A stretch of DNA of 64,000 bases from Dictyostelium discoideum (lineage: Eukaryota). The position numbers were made by a program, and so were the translations under genes. The stretch is taken from positions 2,368,001-2,432,000 of the forward strand of contig CM000155.2 in the NCBI GenBank assembly GCA_000004695.1, given 5' to 3'. Under the pieces are notes generated by a model, which did not search any database, had not been told where the DNA came from, and saw only the letters and a list, made by a program, of their open reading frames with translations. Below, piece after piece: positions 10,918 through 25,646 of this stretch. Position 1 is the stretch's first letter, and every line of letters starts with the position of its first letter.

Positions 10918-11107
10918 TAATAAATAAATAATAATAAAAAATAAAAAATAAATGAATGAATAAAAAAATAAATAAATAAATAATAAATATATAAATGATT
11001 ATAAAAAAAAAAAATTTAAAAATAAATAAAAAAAAATTTTATTTTTATTTTTTTTTGTTAAATAAAACCTATTCTATAACCAATTAAAATTATTTCTTTT
11101 TACAAAA

Positions 11108-12439
11108 CTATTTTTCATTATTTCCAATAGATTCAGTTACTTTTGATTCATTATTATTTTTATTATTATTTATATTATTATTTGAATAAATATTTGAAGG
11201 TAAATAAATATTTTCATCAGAATTTAAAACTTCATCTTCTAAAATTTCAAAAACAGTAGCTATTTGATTTTCAACAGTGAATCTAATATTTAAAATATCT
11301 AAACTAAATCTATGTTTTTCAGGACCTTCTTCCTCTTGAAGAAGTTCACTATCATCAGTATTGTTGGTGGTTGTTGTTGTTGAAGAGTTGGTATCTTTAT
11401 TTTGTTTTAATTTTTGATCGGTTAATTTATCTTGTTTTCTCTTTCTGACGGAACGAATATCCTCTGTTAAAATTTCAATAATACAAGTTTCGATATCATT
11501 ATAGTTGTCATAGAATTTTAATTTCTTTTTATCGACGAAATATTGTAATTGTTTCTTAGCCACATCTAAAATGATGACATTATCTAATGGTGGTACGATT
11601 GGTATTGTGACCCAAGCAGGATTAATAACACTCTTTACACTATCGTGAACAGAGTATGGTTTGACATCTAAAATGGGTGTGCCATCAATTAAATCGATAC
11701 CTGATAAATAGATTGTATCACCAACGACCTTATCGATTTTGGCAACTGATAAACCGATTGGATTTGGACGATGTGGAGTTCTGGTTGAAAACAATCCAAC
11801 TTTAATACCATCTAAACGTGGTGGTGCAACCTTTGCTTTGACACCACTTGCTGGACGATCACTTCTAACTGAACGTAAGGTGTTGGTATTTTCGTGGAAA
11901 ATGAAAATTAACCAACAATGACTATATTGATCTAAACCCTCCAATGAATAGGTTGGATTTACACTTGTCTTTAACTTTAATAATGCTTTACCTTTGGTAA
12001 CGATTAATCCTTGTCTTGGTGTACCATTTCTCTCTCTAAAACAACTCTCTAAAAATCCAATTGGTGGATAATCAGGTGGTCTTTCCACATTTTTATTCTC
12101 TCTATCTTCTTTATATGAATTGACAACTCTTCTCAACTCTCTTTCTGCTCTAGTTCTACCTAATCTTTGTTCTTCACATTTCTTTTGTTCATGTAATTTA
12201 TTTTGTTTTTCTTTTTCTAATTTATCTTTTAAACTTAAATTTTTCTTTTGAATAATTGCTTATTTAAATTTTAAATTAATATTTATAATTATTAATAATT
12301 TAATAAAAAAAAAATAAAAAATAAAAAATAAGTACTTACATAAATAATATGAAAAGATTAAACTTGATATCAAAAGTGGTGTAGTAAATAAAAATAATTT
12401 ATTTGAAATTAAAGATTTAAAAAAGTCAAAAGACTTCAT
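11108..12439 (-). CDS. tRNA (adenine37-N6)-methyltransferase TRMO / TsaA(YaeB)-like protein. Two-exon model; the 5' exon is tentative.
   Basis: Main exon 11108..12225 carries the TsaA-like domain: PPIGFLESCFRERNGTPRQG, HCWLIFIFHEN, PPRLDG.KVGLFSTRTPHRPNPIGLS, DGTPILDVKPY. The track 'M' at 12136 is a TTG codon. The frame stays open upstream with no in-frame ATG before a TAA, so there must be a 5' exon. The candidate is 12340..12439 (ATG...TTAT|GTAAGT donor, phase 1), joined to a tttaaaAG|AT acceptor at 12225. Total is 1218 nt = 405 aa. Confidence 0.65.
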
Positions 12440-12514
12440 TTTCTTTTTTTCTTTTTTTTTTCTTTGATTAACAAAATATTGAAAATAAAAAAAAAAAAAA
12501 AAAAAAAACCGAAA

Positions 12515-12546
<32 letters not shown>

Positions 12547-13735
12547 CAAAAATTAATTCTTCTTTTTTTAAAGTCAAATCCATAAACTATAAAAACAACA
12601 AATATACGCAATTAAAAAAAAAAATAAAAAAATAAATTAATAAGCTTTGATTAAAATATAGTTTAGTTTATTTCTTTTTTTTAAAATAATGTTTTTTGAT
12701 TAAAAAAATTACTACTTTTATTAAATTTTTTTTTTTTTTCGCCACGGTGTTTGTCAAATTAATTTTATTTATTATTTTATTAAGTTGAGGTTTTATTTGA
12801 TTATTATTATTAAAACTAATTATTTAATTAATAATTTATTTATTAAACTATCAAAAAGTTTAATTATACAATTAATTATTTTTTTCTTTAATTTTAAATG
12901 AAGAATACAATGAATGTATGAGAATGGTTTGTATCGGTGATATCATTCTAGGATTTCTCCAGCGTTAACACCAAATTTGAGAAATTCTGCACGGGAGATC
13001 TGCAATTGCTCGCGATCGATCCTATCGTTTTATCCTTTGCCATAGTGAAATCGCACCCTTACTGTGAAATATGATTCTGGTGTTTCATCTGACGTTACAC
13101 TTAAGTGATGAAGCTTAAGTCAAAGAAGGATGTTGTTAATGTGTTAAAAACACAATAATGTCTTATTACAAAAAATTTTCGAAATTTTTAAGTTTGGTCT
13201 TTTTGAAAACTATTTTATGGGATTTATTTTTTTAAAAAAAAAAAATTGAAGTGTTATTTTTTTTTTAAAAATAAAAAAATACAAAAAAAAAACGAGATTG
13301 CCGATCCGCAAATGAAACGATTATTGTAAAGAAAAGAAAAAAATTTTGGATTACCAATCAAAAAAAAGAAAAAAAAAAAAAAAAAAAGAAAAGGAATTAA
13401 TAATTATGTTATAATTTTTTAAAAAAAAAAAAAAAAATTAATAAATAATTATTATGCCATAGTTTTCAAAAAAAACTCTTATTATTTGTTTGACTATATT
13501 TATGCGATAGTGTATTTATTAACTATATATTAAAAATAAAAAAACACAAAATAGATATTTGATTTTTTTTTTTTTTTTTGATGTATATAATCCATATAAT
13601 CAAATTTATCATATTCTTTATATATATATATATATATTTTATTGAGTTTTGATAAGAGTGAATAACAATGACTAGCTAAATCACTATTATTACAATATCA
13701 TTATTTTAAATTATTATTATTACTATTATTATTAC

Positions 13736-13791
<56 letters not shown>

Positions 13792-13805
13792 ATTAATAAT
13801 TATTA

Positions 13806-15956
<2,151 letters not shown>

Positions 15957-15995
15957 TGGTTATTTTTTATGAATAATTATTATTATTTATTATTA

Positions 15996-16062
<67 letters not shown>

Positions 16063-16246
16063 TTGTATTATTAAAATTGTCTCTTTTTTCTATGAAGTTA
16101 TTTTTTTTTTTTTTTATTCAAACTATTTGTCTATTATTTGTCTATTATTTGTAAAATACTTGTTTATTTTTATTTTTATTTTATTTTTTATTTTATTTTT
16201 ATTTTTTATTTTATTTTTTTATTTATTTTTTTGTTTGAATTGCTAC

Positions 16247-16308
<62 letters not shown>

Positions 16309-16586
16309 GCTATTTATTTAGAAATTATATGGTTATTTTATTTTATTTTATTTTTTTTTGTTTTTAAGGCTTTATTAACGGTAATTAATTATTTATATTA
16401 CTATATATCGTTTGATTGTTGATTGATGGTGGGTTAAAGTATTTTTGATTGAAAAGTATATACTAAAATTTTGGGGGTTTAGTTTTAATTTATTTTATTG
16501 TATAACGATAATATATTTTATTTGTAATGTTCTATTTTTAAAAATTACCCTTTTTGGGAAAAATAAAAAAATTAAAAAATCAAAAG

Positions 16587-16643
<57 letters not shown>

Positions 16644-16902
16644 AAAGGTTTAAATAAATGAAATTTAATTATATCTATAAAAGCAAAGTGAAAATAATGG
16701 CAAATAAAAGTCCAATTTTTTTTTTTTTTTTTTTAAATGAAAAAAAAAAAGATTTGGTAATTTGGTTTGCGTGGAAGATTTAAATTAAAAGAAAAAAAAT
16801 TAAATAAAATAAAAATAAAAAAATGTTGATGTTTGCTGTGGCAGATCCAAATTAAAAAAAAAAAAAAAAAAATAAAAGAAAAAAATTTTATGCAAAGAAA
16901 AA

Positions 16903-16940
<38 letters not shown>

Positions 16941-17282
16941 CCAGAAAATGTGTGACTCGTGTGGACGAGAAATAAAAAAATAAAAAAAAAAAAAATTGAC
17001 CTTTCCTTCATTTTGTTTATTTGAAAATGTATCCATTCCTTTTTTTTAAGATATTTTTTTGCACGGAAAAAAAAAAAAAAAGAAAAAAAAAGAAAATCAA
17101 AAAAAAAAAAAGCACTACCGTCACACGCGCAATGTAGTGTTGAACTTTTCCAAATTTTTAAATTTTTTTTTTTTTTTGTAAATCCTATTATTATAACAAA
17201 TTTCAACAAAACTAAAAAACGAAAATATCTTTTTTTTTTTTGATAAAATTTTGTATTAATTTATATTACCGATTATTTATTT

Positions 17283-17505
17283 TTTTTTTTTGAAATTTTT
17301 TTTTAATATCTTTTTTTTTTTCATTTATTTCTTATTTTCATTCTAATTTTAGAATTAATTTTTGATTTGTTTCAAAAATTTTTTTTTTTTTTTTTAAATA
17401 TTATTTTTTTTTTTTTGAAATGTTTTTTTTAATATCTTTTTTTTATTTATTTCTTATTTTCATTCTAACTTTGGAATTAATTTTTGATTTGTTTCCCAAG
17501 ATTTC
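17283..17505. repeat. Tandem duplication of an ~90-100 bp AT-rich unit ('gaaat(t/g)tttttt(t)aatatctttttttt..catttatttcttattttcattctaa(t/c)tttagaattaatttttgatttgtttc'), two copies about 130 bp apart.
   Basis: Copy 1 is near 17283-17375 and copy 2 near 17416-17505, with roughly 90% identity by eye. Confidence 0.7.
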
Positions 17506-17584
17506 TTTTTTTATTTTTTTATTTTTAGTTTATGTTTTATTTTTAGTTTTTTTTATTTTTTTTATTTTATTTTTAGTTTATGTT

Positions 17585-20500
17585 TTAATTTTTTAATAAA
17601 ACTGAACAAACTTTTTCAATGAACCAAGCACCAACTAAATCCAAGATGATAGCACCAACCATATATAATCTAAAAGTTGAATCAGGGAATTCAACCAATT
17701 CTAACATTGAATTTAATGGTGGTATAATTTCAGTAGCCAATAATAAACCTAAACCCCAAACAAAGGAGAGAGCGTATAATAATGGTTTATTTTCACTGAG
17801 AGATTGCATGAAAGGATGACCTTTGTAGTTGACGGCAAAGGTGGCGACTTGCATAGCATTGCTCATTAAAAACACAGCGGAATTCAAGAGATTTGGAGCA
17901 AAAGGTGAGTCAGGATCAGGTCTATTTGTACCAATTCTTAATTGAGATTGATGAACGATGAAAATGATACAAACTAGATGAAGTGCAAATTGTAAAAGGA
18001 TGGAGCACATCATATAGGGTGAGAATAGATTTGGATTTGGACGTTTATTAGCCAACTTCATCAAAGGCTTTGAGGTTGAGATGAAGAGGAAACAAACGGC
18101 GATCAACATACCAGAGATGGTGGCTTGAGTATCACCCAATTTAACACCATCCAAATAGAGTACCGATAAACCATAGGCAGTGATCAATGAATTCAAAGCC
18201 AAAATCTTATACATTTGGAAAGTGGTAACCAATGTACATCTACCTTGACGAATGATATGAGTGATTGGTTTGACGGCACTCGATTTTGAAGTGAATGGTG
18301 CAGCGATAGAAGCGTCACCCAATTTCACCATTTGAACTTCATTATCTTGTTGCATACGTTGTGCAAGATCAGCCGCTTGTTTTTGAGCCAATTCAGCCGC
18401 TGCCCTTGGATCACCATTACGACGTAGTTGTTCTTGCATTTGTCTTTGTTTAGCTTGATTGAAAATTTCCCTAAGATTAATCTCTGGTGGTGGTTTAAAT
18501 TCACCTTTATTTAAGATTGCAATACCAACATGAGCTTGTTTCAATGCACCAACATCATTTGTACCATCACCTGCCATCAATGTATAATGACCATTCACTT
18601 TGAAATTTGTTAAAATCATTTGTTTTTGTTCTGGTGAAACACGTGCAAACACTTTAACCAAATATAAATCTTTCTCTAAATTTTTATCACCAATAACTAA
18701 ATCTAAACTATTACCACCAATACAAAGATTATAATCTTTATCTAATTGATTTAAATGATTTTCATTACCATTTTCTAATGGTATTATAATTGATTCATCA
18801 ACTGAAACCCATTCACCTAAATTATTATTATCATTATCATTATTATTATTTTCTTCTTTTTCTTCATTTTTTTCATTATTATTATTATTATTACTGTTTT
18901 TGATTTTTTGTAAAATTATAGTTTGTTTATTTTCTTGAACAAAACCTAATTGTTTACCAACATGACAAGCAGTTAAACTATTATCACCAGTGATCATAAC
19001 TATACGATGAGATGAATTCATTAACATTTCAATTGATTCCTTTGAATCTGGTTTCAATGGACAATCGAAAATGATGAAACCACCAAACTCTAAATTACTT
19101 TCAACTGAATCTCTTTCCATTGATTTATATTGTGATACATTTAAACCAGACTCGAATCTCTTATAACCCAATGCTAAAACACGTGAACCTTGTCTTGAGT
19201 AACTCTTGAAACATTGATCATAATTATCTGGTAATGATTTATCATTAAAGAATGGTTTCATAATCTCTGGTGCACCTTTGGAGAATGCATAAGTATTGCA
19301 TTGGAGATTTTTGGTGTAAACTACATTACAAATGGTTGTCATTCTCTTTAATTCTGATGAGAAATGATATCTATGTACAATTTCAATATTAATTGGTTTC
19401 TTTTGATGAGAAATCTTATCGGCTTTACATGTAAAAGGTATAGATTTTAATCCTGCCATTTCCATTGGATCTCCAACTAATTTATTATCAATTAAAACTA
19501 AACTATGACAACCTGCTAATATAAATTGAATAACATCTGCTAATTCACTTGGTTGAACAAATGTTGTTGAAGTTAAAGATGATTCTTGTTCTTCTTTTGT
19601 GGTGCTGGTAGTAGTAGTAGTAGTAGTGGTAGTATTGGTAGTAGTGGTATCAGTTGTAGTAGAATCAATATCAACATCTTCATGATCGTTATTTGCAGTT
19701 ATATATTTCTTTGGACAATTTGCAATACCTTGAAGAACTAAATCATCAGTTGTTAATGTACCAGTTTTATCGAAACAACAAACATCAACCTTACCAGCGA
19801 ATGGAATTCTAAATGGTTCAGTACAATAGATACCCAATTTAATTAAAGAGATTAATGAATTGTTTACAGCTAATGATAATTCCATTGGAAGTTCTGGTGG
19901 GACGACAGAAGTGATAACCATGATACAATTGAGTAAAAGTTTATACTTTGAACGATTATTTTCACGGATACCCTTATTGAATAGATAGGCAGAGGCGGCG
20001 ATGGCAAATGTCAATAGGAAGAGAATGAAAAGGAATGATTCTTTATTATTTGCAGTGACACGTTCAGAACTAAACCAAATTGTTCTCATGAGTCTGCCTT
20101 GATTCGTATTGAAACCAGTCTTATAGGCGTATGCAATACATCCCCTATCTGGTGGTTTAGAGACACGTGCTAATTTCTCGGATGGTGTATGTTGAACAAT
20201 GGTTGTACCGCCATAAAGTATATGAATCTTTTCATTCTTTAAATCCAATGGTTTTGTTGATTTTCTATCCTTTATTGATTCCTTATGATGTGGAGTTGAT
20301 TCACCAGTTAACATTGCTTCATTCACTACACATCCACCACTTAACAATATCATATCACATGGTAGTGTTGATGTTGCTTCACTTGCACCTCTACCAATTG
20401 ATACAATATCACCTGGTAATATCTCTGTTGTATTAATTTGTTTCCATTGATTTAATCTATAAACATAAATTGGGAATGTTGGTTTACTACTCATATTTCT

Positions 20501-21568
20501 TAATGAATTTAAATTACTTAATCTCTTTTAAAAAAAATAATAAATTGTTGTTAATATATAAACAATTATATATATATTTTTTTGAAAAAAAAATAATTAA
20601 TTATAACATACAGATTTAACAACAGTTGCTTCAAATACTAATAACATGAATAAACTGAAAAGACAATAGAAAACATATTCTTCTAAACACCATAAGAGTA
20701 CACAAAATACTTGGAAAACAAAGAATGGAGCGATAGCTTGTTCTTTGTATAGTGCTAAAAATGTTGGAATTGGAATATCGAATCTATTTAAACCATATTT
20801 CATTGCTGCCAATTCAATTTGTTCATCAGTTTCATAGGAACGTGCTTGATTTAATAATTCTTCACTATCTAATGGTATATGGAATTTAATTTTTTCAAAT
20901 TGTTTCTTATCTGGATTATATACTAATTTTCTTTTTTGAAATTCAATTGAATATTGTAAATCTTTAAATTCCTTTTCACTTAGATGTTTAGTTGAAATTT
21001 TACCAACATTACTACCATTACCAACAATGTTTACACTTGTTGAAGATGCAGATGAAATCGATGAAGGTGCTCTATGTAAATGTCTAGAGATTGGGCATAA
21101 TTGTTTCATACCCATATGTTTACCTGGTGTAACTTTTGCATGTGTTGCAAATTTAATATTATCAACTTTCTTCATTGTTACAAAACATTTATAATCAATT
21201 GACCAATGATTGAATAAATACGATACAAAATGTAATGCCATAGTTGAACAAATTAAAAATACATGTAAATTGAATTCAACTTGATTTTCATCTTCTTTAA
21301 TTTCACCACTTTCAGTAGAATTATTATTATTATTAATAATGGTATCATTGCTAATATCACCACCAATACTACTATCATTTGATTTTATAAGTGTCGTACC
21401 ATTATTATTATTATTATTATTTATTATTGGTTCTATTGGAGTTGTTGAATATAAATAAAATAAATAAATGTATATAATAATAAATGGAATTACATTTAAA
21501 TGTAAAAAGCTTGGTTTAATTCTATACAATTGTATAGACTTTATCCCTTTGCTATTATCTACATTCAT
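17585..21568 (-). CDS. P5A-type cation-transporting P-type ATPase (Spf1/ATP13A1 family), two exons.
   Basis: Exons: complement(join(17585..20524,20612..21568)), 3897 nt = 1298 aa. The 87-nt intron runs 20525..20611 (AAATCT|GTATGT ... ttaaaAG|AGA). Exon 1 encodes a Spf1-like N-terminus (FQKRKLVY, NRFDIPIPTF, PFFVFQVFCVLLWCLEEY). Exon 2 has TGES, the P5A signature PPELPMELS, the phosphorylation site CFDKTGTLT, and GDGTNDVGALKQA. Confidence 0.85.
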
Positions 21569-21861
21569 TTTTTTAAATACTCTTTAAAAAAAAAAAAGAA
21601 AAAAAAAAAAAAAAAAATTTCATGATCAGCAAAAAAAAAAATGACAAAATTTAAAATTAAAAAAAAAAAATTAAAAAAAAATAAAATTTAAATAAATAAC
21701 TATCCCTATAATTTTTTTTTTTTTTTTTTTTTTCTTCTAGGTTACTCATATAAATTAAAATTAATTTTTTTTCTTTTCAACTATAAAGGGTAATAATATT
21801 TTTTTTTTATTTTTTATTTTTTTTTATTATTACTATATTATTATTATTTTATTTTTTTATT

Positions 21862-22374
21862 TTAATAGTCAATATAGGTAATCGAACGAATTACCATATT
21901 GGGAGAAGTATTGCCCCTTACTATATAGCCGAATAAATGATAAGAAAAGGGTCTAATTTCATTCACATAATTTGGTAATGTTAAGAAATTATTCCAAGTA
22001 TCTAAACGAATATTCCAAACACTACTATTTTGTTGTTTCAAGTCAAATGTGAAATCGGTGCCAATGTATATATGGGAAATTGGTTTATTTGAATGGTTAA
22101 GGATTTTAACTCTAAATAAGGAAAATTCATCACCCCTATGATCTGACCATGTCTTTTCAAAACTTTGTACCAATTCCAAAAGATAAAAACTATCACTTAA
22201 TAAACATACCGAAACATCTTCAACCGGATTATAATTATAACACATTTGATCAAAACCACAATATCCATCACCACATGGTACCTTATAATCTATTTCACAT
22301 CTTATAATATTTATAAAATAAATTGATACCATTAAAATTATTATTAATATTTTAAAAATATTTAAATCTTTCAT
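21862..22374 (-). CDS. Small secreted protein, 170 aa: signal peptide, a Cys-rich stretch and a W/N-rich beta-type module that may bind carbohydrate.
   Basis: Real ATG at 22374. The hydrophobic N-terminus MKDLNIFKILIIILMVSIYFINIIRC reads as a signal peptide. Downstream are a CGDGYCGFDQMC motif and WNIRLDTWNNF. No significant repeats, and the codon usage looks coding. Confidence 0.5.
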   Translation of the reverse strand: MKDLNIFKILIIILMVSIYFINIIRCEIDYKVPCGDGYCGFDQMCYNYNPVEDVSVCLLSDSFYLLELVQSFEKTWSDHRGDEFSLFRVKILNHSNKPISHIYIGTDFTFDLKQQNSSVWNIRLDTWNNFLTLPNYVNEIRPFSYHLFGYIVRGNTSPNMVIRSITYIDY

Positions 22375-23429
22375 TTTTTTAATATATTTTTTTTTTTTTA
22401 ATAATTATTTTTGTTTTTATTATTATTGTTGTTATATTTATTATTATTATTATTATTATTATTGTTATTAATTTTTATTTTTTATTTTAAAAATTATTAG
22501 ATTTATTTAGAAAATGAAATTTTTTTTTTAAATGAATAATTATTAATAAATTAAAAAAAACTGTACAATATAAATAGAAATAAATAAATTAAGTAAGAAA
22601 ATTGGGAAAAATAAATAAATAATGAATAAAAAAAAAAAAAAAAAAAAAAATAAAATGATATTTATATTTTTTTTTTTACTTATTTTTTTGTTTTTTTTTT
22701 TTTTTTAAAATTGAATCATGATATTTTTATTTTATTTTATTTATTTTAAAATATTATTTGTTTTTTGGAGTAAGGATTATTTGTATTTAAAAAATGAATT
22801 ATTTTTTTTTTATTTTTTTTTTTTTTATTTTAAAAATGATAATAAAAGGAAAAAGGAAAAAAATCACTACCTCCAAATATTTACATTATACTATCACACC
22901 CACACATATATGTATCTAGTAATAGATAATGAGTAATTTTTTAAAATTCAAATAGTTGTAATAGTAGTTTTAAGAAATTAAATTTATTTTAAACAAAATT
23001 TTTTTTTAAAATTTCGATAGGTTTTTTAATTTATTTTAAAATAAAAAAAACACTCATTATAGTATAAATTTCTTTAAAAATACGATGATTTTGGGATTGG
23101 GGTGTCAAAAAAAAAAAAAAAAAAAAAAAAAACAATTCTATTTTTATCTCTTTTTTTTTTTTCGAAAAAAAAAAAAAGATCAAAAATATCCCTATTTATC
23201 ATATGGTATTGACAATTGAATAGAGCCCAATAAATCTCTGACCAAAAATAAATATATTGTGACAATGAAGTTTGGGAGATATATTTTAATAAATTTATTA
23301 TTTGATAAATTACACACCAATAATTATTAATAAAAAATCTGTATTTGGTAAATACCATCACATTAATCAATAATTTTCGAACCCATCAAATTATTTTATT
23401 TATTCTATTTTTGTTTAATTTTATTTTAT

Positions 23430-23478
<49 letters not shown>

Positions 23479-24177
23479 ATATACTATATAATAATATTAC
23501 CAAAAAAAAAAAAAAATATTTTATGTGTAATTTTTATAGATCTATTCTAATTATATATAAATAAATTGTGGGTGTGTTTGTGGTAGTGGTTATTTATTTT
23601 TTTCTATTTTTATTTTTATTTTTTTATTTTAAAAAATATATTCATATATATTATATTATTTTAATTATATATTTATTTTTTTAATAAATTTGAAAAAAAT
23701 GCTCTATATTTTTCTTTTTTTCTTTTTTTAATTATTATTATTTTTTTGTAGATTCGAAAAAAAAAAAATAAATAAAAAATATAATAGTTTTTAAAATTTA
23801 TTTTGATAGTTATCTATCTATATATATATTAACCTTAAATGAGTATTTATCTCAGGTGTAGACATTAACCCATTCAATAAAGCCGATAATGTGTGCAATT
23901 AATAATCTGTAAATTTGAATTACTATAATTTGATATTTTTAATTACTATTAAATTTTAAACTTGGTGGATTTTTTTTTTTTTTTTTTTTTTTTTTAATAA
24001 ATAAATTTGCGAATATTAATTTATTAATACATTTACAGAAAAATATGAAAAAAACAGTGTTTTAAAAAAACATTGGGGGAGTGTTGAAAATAAAAAAAAA
24101 AACTTTTTTTTTTTTTTTGATTAAAAAATGATTTGTTTTTTTTTTTTTTTTTTGGCCAAACAAAAAAACTATGAAAA

Positions 24178-25610
24178 ATGAATAATAATAATAATAATAA
24201 TAAAAATAATAATAATAATAATTTTTTAATTAAGAAACAAAAGAAATTAGTATTCATAAGAATATTAATGTATGGATTATTGATATTTTTAATATCATTA
24301 ATTGTATATTCAAATTCTTTAGAAGGTGAATTTTGTTTTGATGATCAATTTGCAATTGTTAATAATAAGGATGTAGTTGGATATAATGATGAACACTCAG
24401 GTACTGATTCATCAACTATTGGAATACCAAATACTATGGATAGTATGAGAGATGATGAAATCTTTAAAGATAAAACCGAGGGAGTTTATCAAGAATATGA
24501 ACAAGATGAAATCATTCCAATGAAAAAAATTTCAATTGCATACCAATATTTTAGCAAATTATTATCACACGATTTTTGGGGACAGGATATCACAAAAACA
24601 GATTCACATAAATCTTATAGACCATTAACAACCCTATCATTTAGATTCAATTTCATAACATCAGGTTATAAATTAGATTCTGAATCATTTCATCTTACAA
24701 ATGTTTTTTTACATAGTATAGTTTCAGTTTATATATTTTTCATTTCATTATTAATTTTTAAACCAATTAATAATGAAAATGAAGAAGAAAAAGAAGAAGA
24801 GGGAAAAAAAGGAAAAGAAGAAAATGAGAAAAAGACATCATATTTATTAAAATTATTAGGTGTTGATGAATTTTGTTGCTTTTTAACATCATTATTTTTT
24901 TCATTACATCCAATTCATACTGAAGCAGTAAGTGGTATTGTTGGTAGAGCAGAATTATTATGTACAGTCTTTTTAATGATATCATTATTATCATTTTTAA
25001 AATGTTGTAATGTTAATTCAACTCATTGGGGTTATTTTTTCATTTCAATTTTTAGTTTAATCTTTTCAACTTTATCAAAAGAGACTGGATTTTGTTTAGT
25101 TTTCATTTTACCAATTACTGATTTCCTTTTAGTACAATATCCAAATTTTAAAAAACAACAACAACAAAATTCTAGAAAATCATCATCCTCTTCACCACTT
25201 TCATTAATGTTTTTAATTAGAACTATTATAATTTCAATTGTTGGTTTTATTTTCATATATATTAGAAAATTAATTACAGTTAATATGGTTTTAGATAATT
25301 TTAGAATGTTGGAGAATCCAATTGCAAGAGAACCAATTTTACTCACTAGAATTTTATCATTAATGAATTTACATTCTAGATATCTATGGTTATTAATTTA
25401 TCCAATGAATTTATCAGCTGATTGGAGTTTTAATTGTATTCCATTAATTAAAGATATTTCAAATCCTTTAAATATCTTATCAATTTTATCTTATTCAATC
25501 ATTTTATTCACTTTAATTTATTATTTCTTAAAAATTCAATTCTTTACAATCATTTTCAAATCTTTAATTTCTTTAAAGAATTTAATAATTAAAAGTAAAA
25601 AACAAAAAAG

Positions 25611-25646
<36 letters not shown>

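Noticed and set aside
20495-20611. Treating 20597..21568 and 17585..20494 (and other adjacent same-strand track ORFs: 3825..4511/4708..5073, 52535..53698/53894..55498, 34290..35363/35456..35845, 27700..29669 pieces, 47988..48713 pieces) as separate genes.
   Set aside because: Each pair is joined by a short AT-rich intron with a GTAAGT/GTATGT donor and an AG acceptor in compatible phase. The joined products align across the junction with known family members (Spf1, SDR, eIF3e, copine, Ras).
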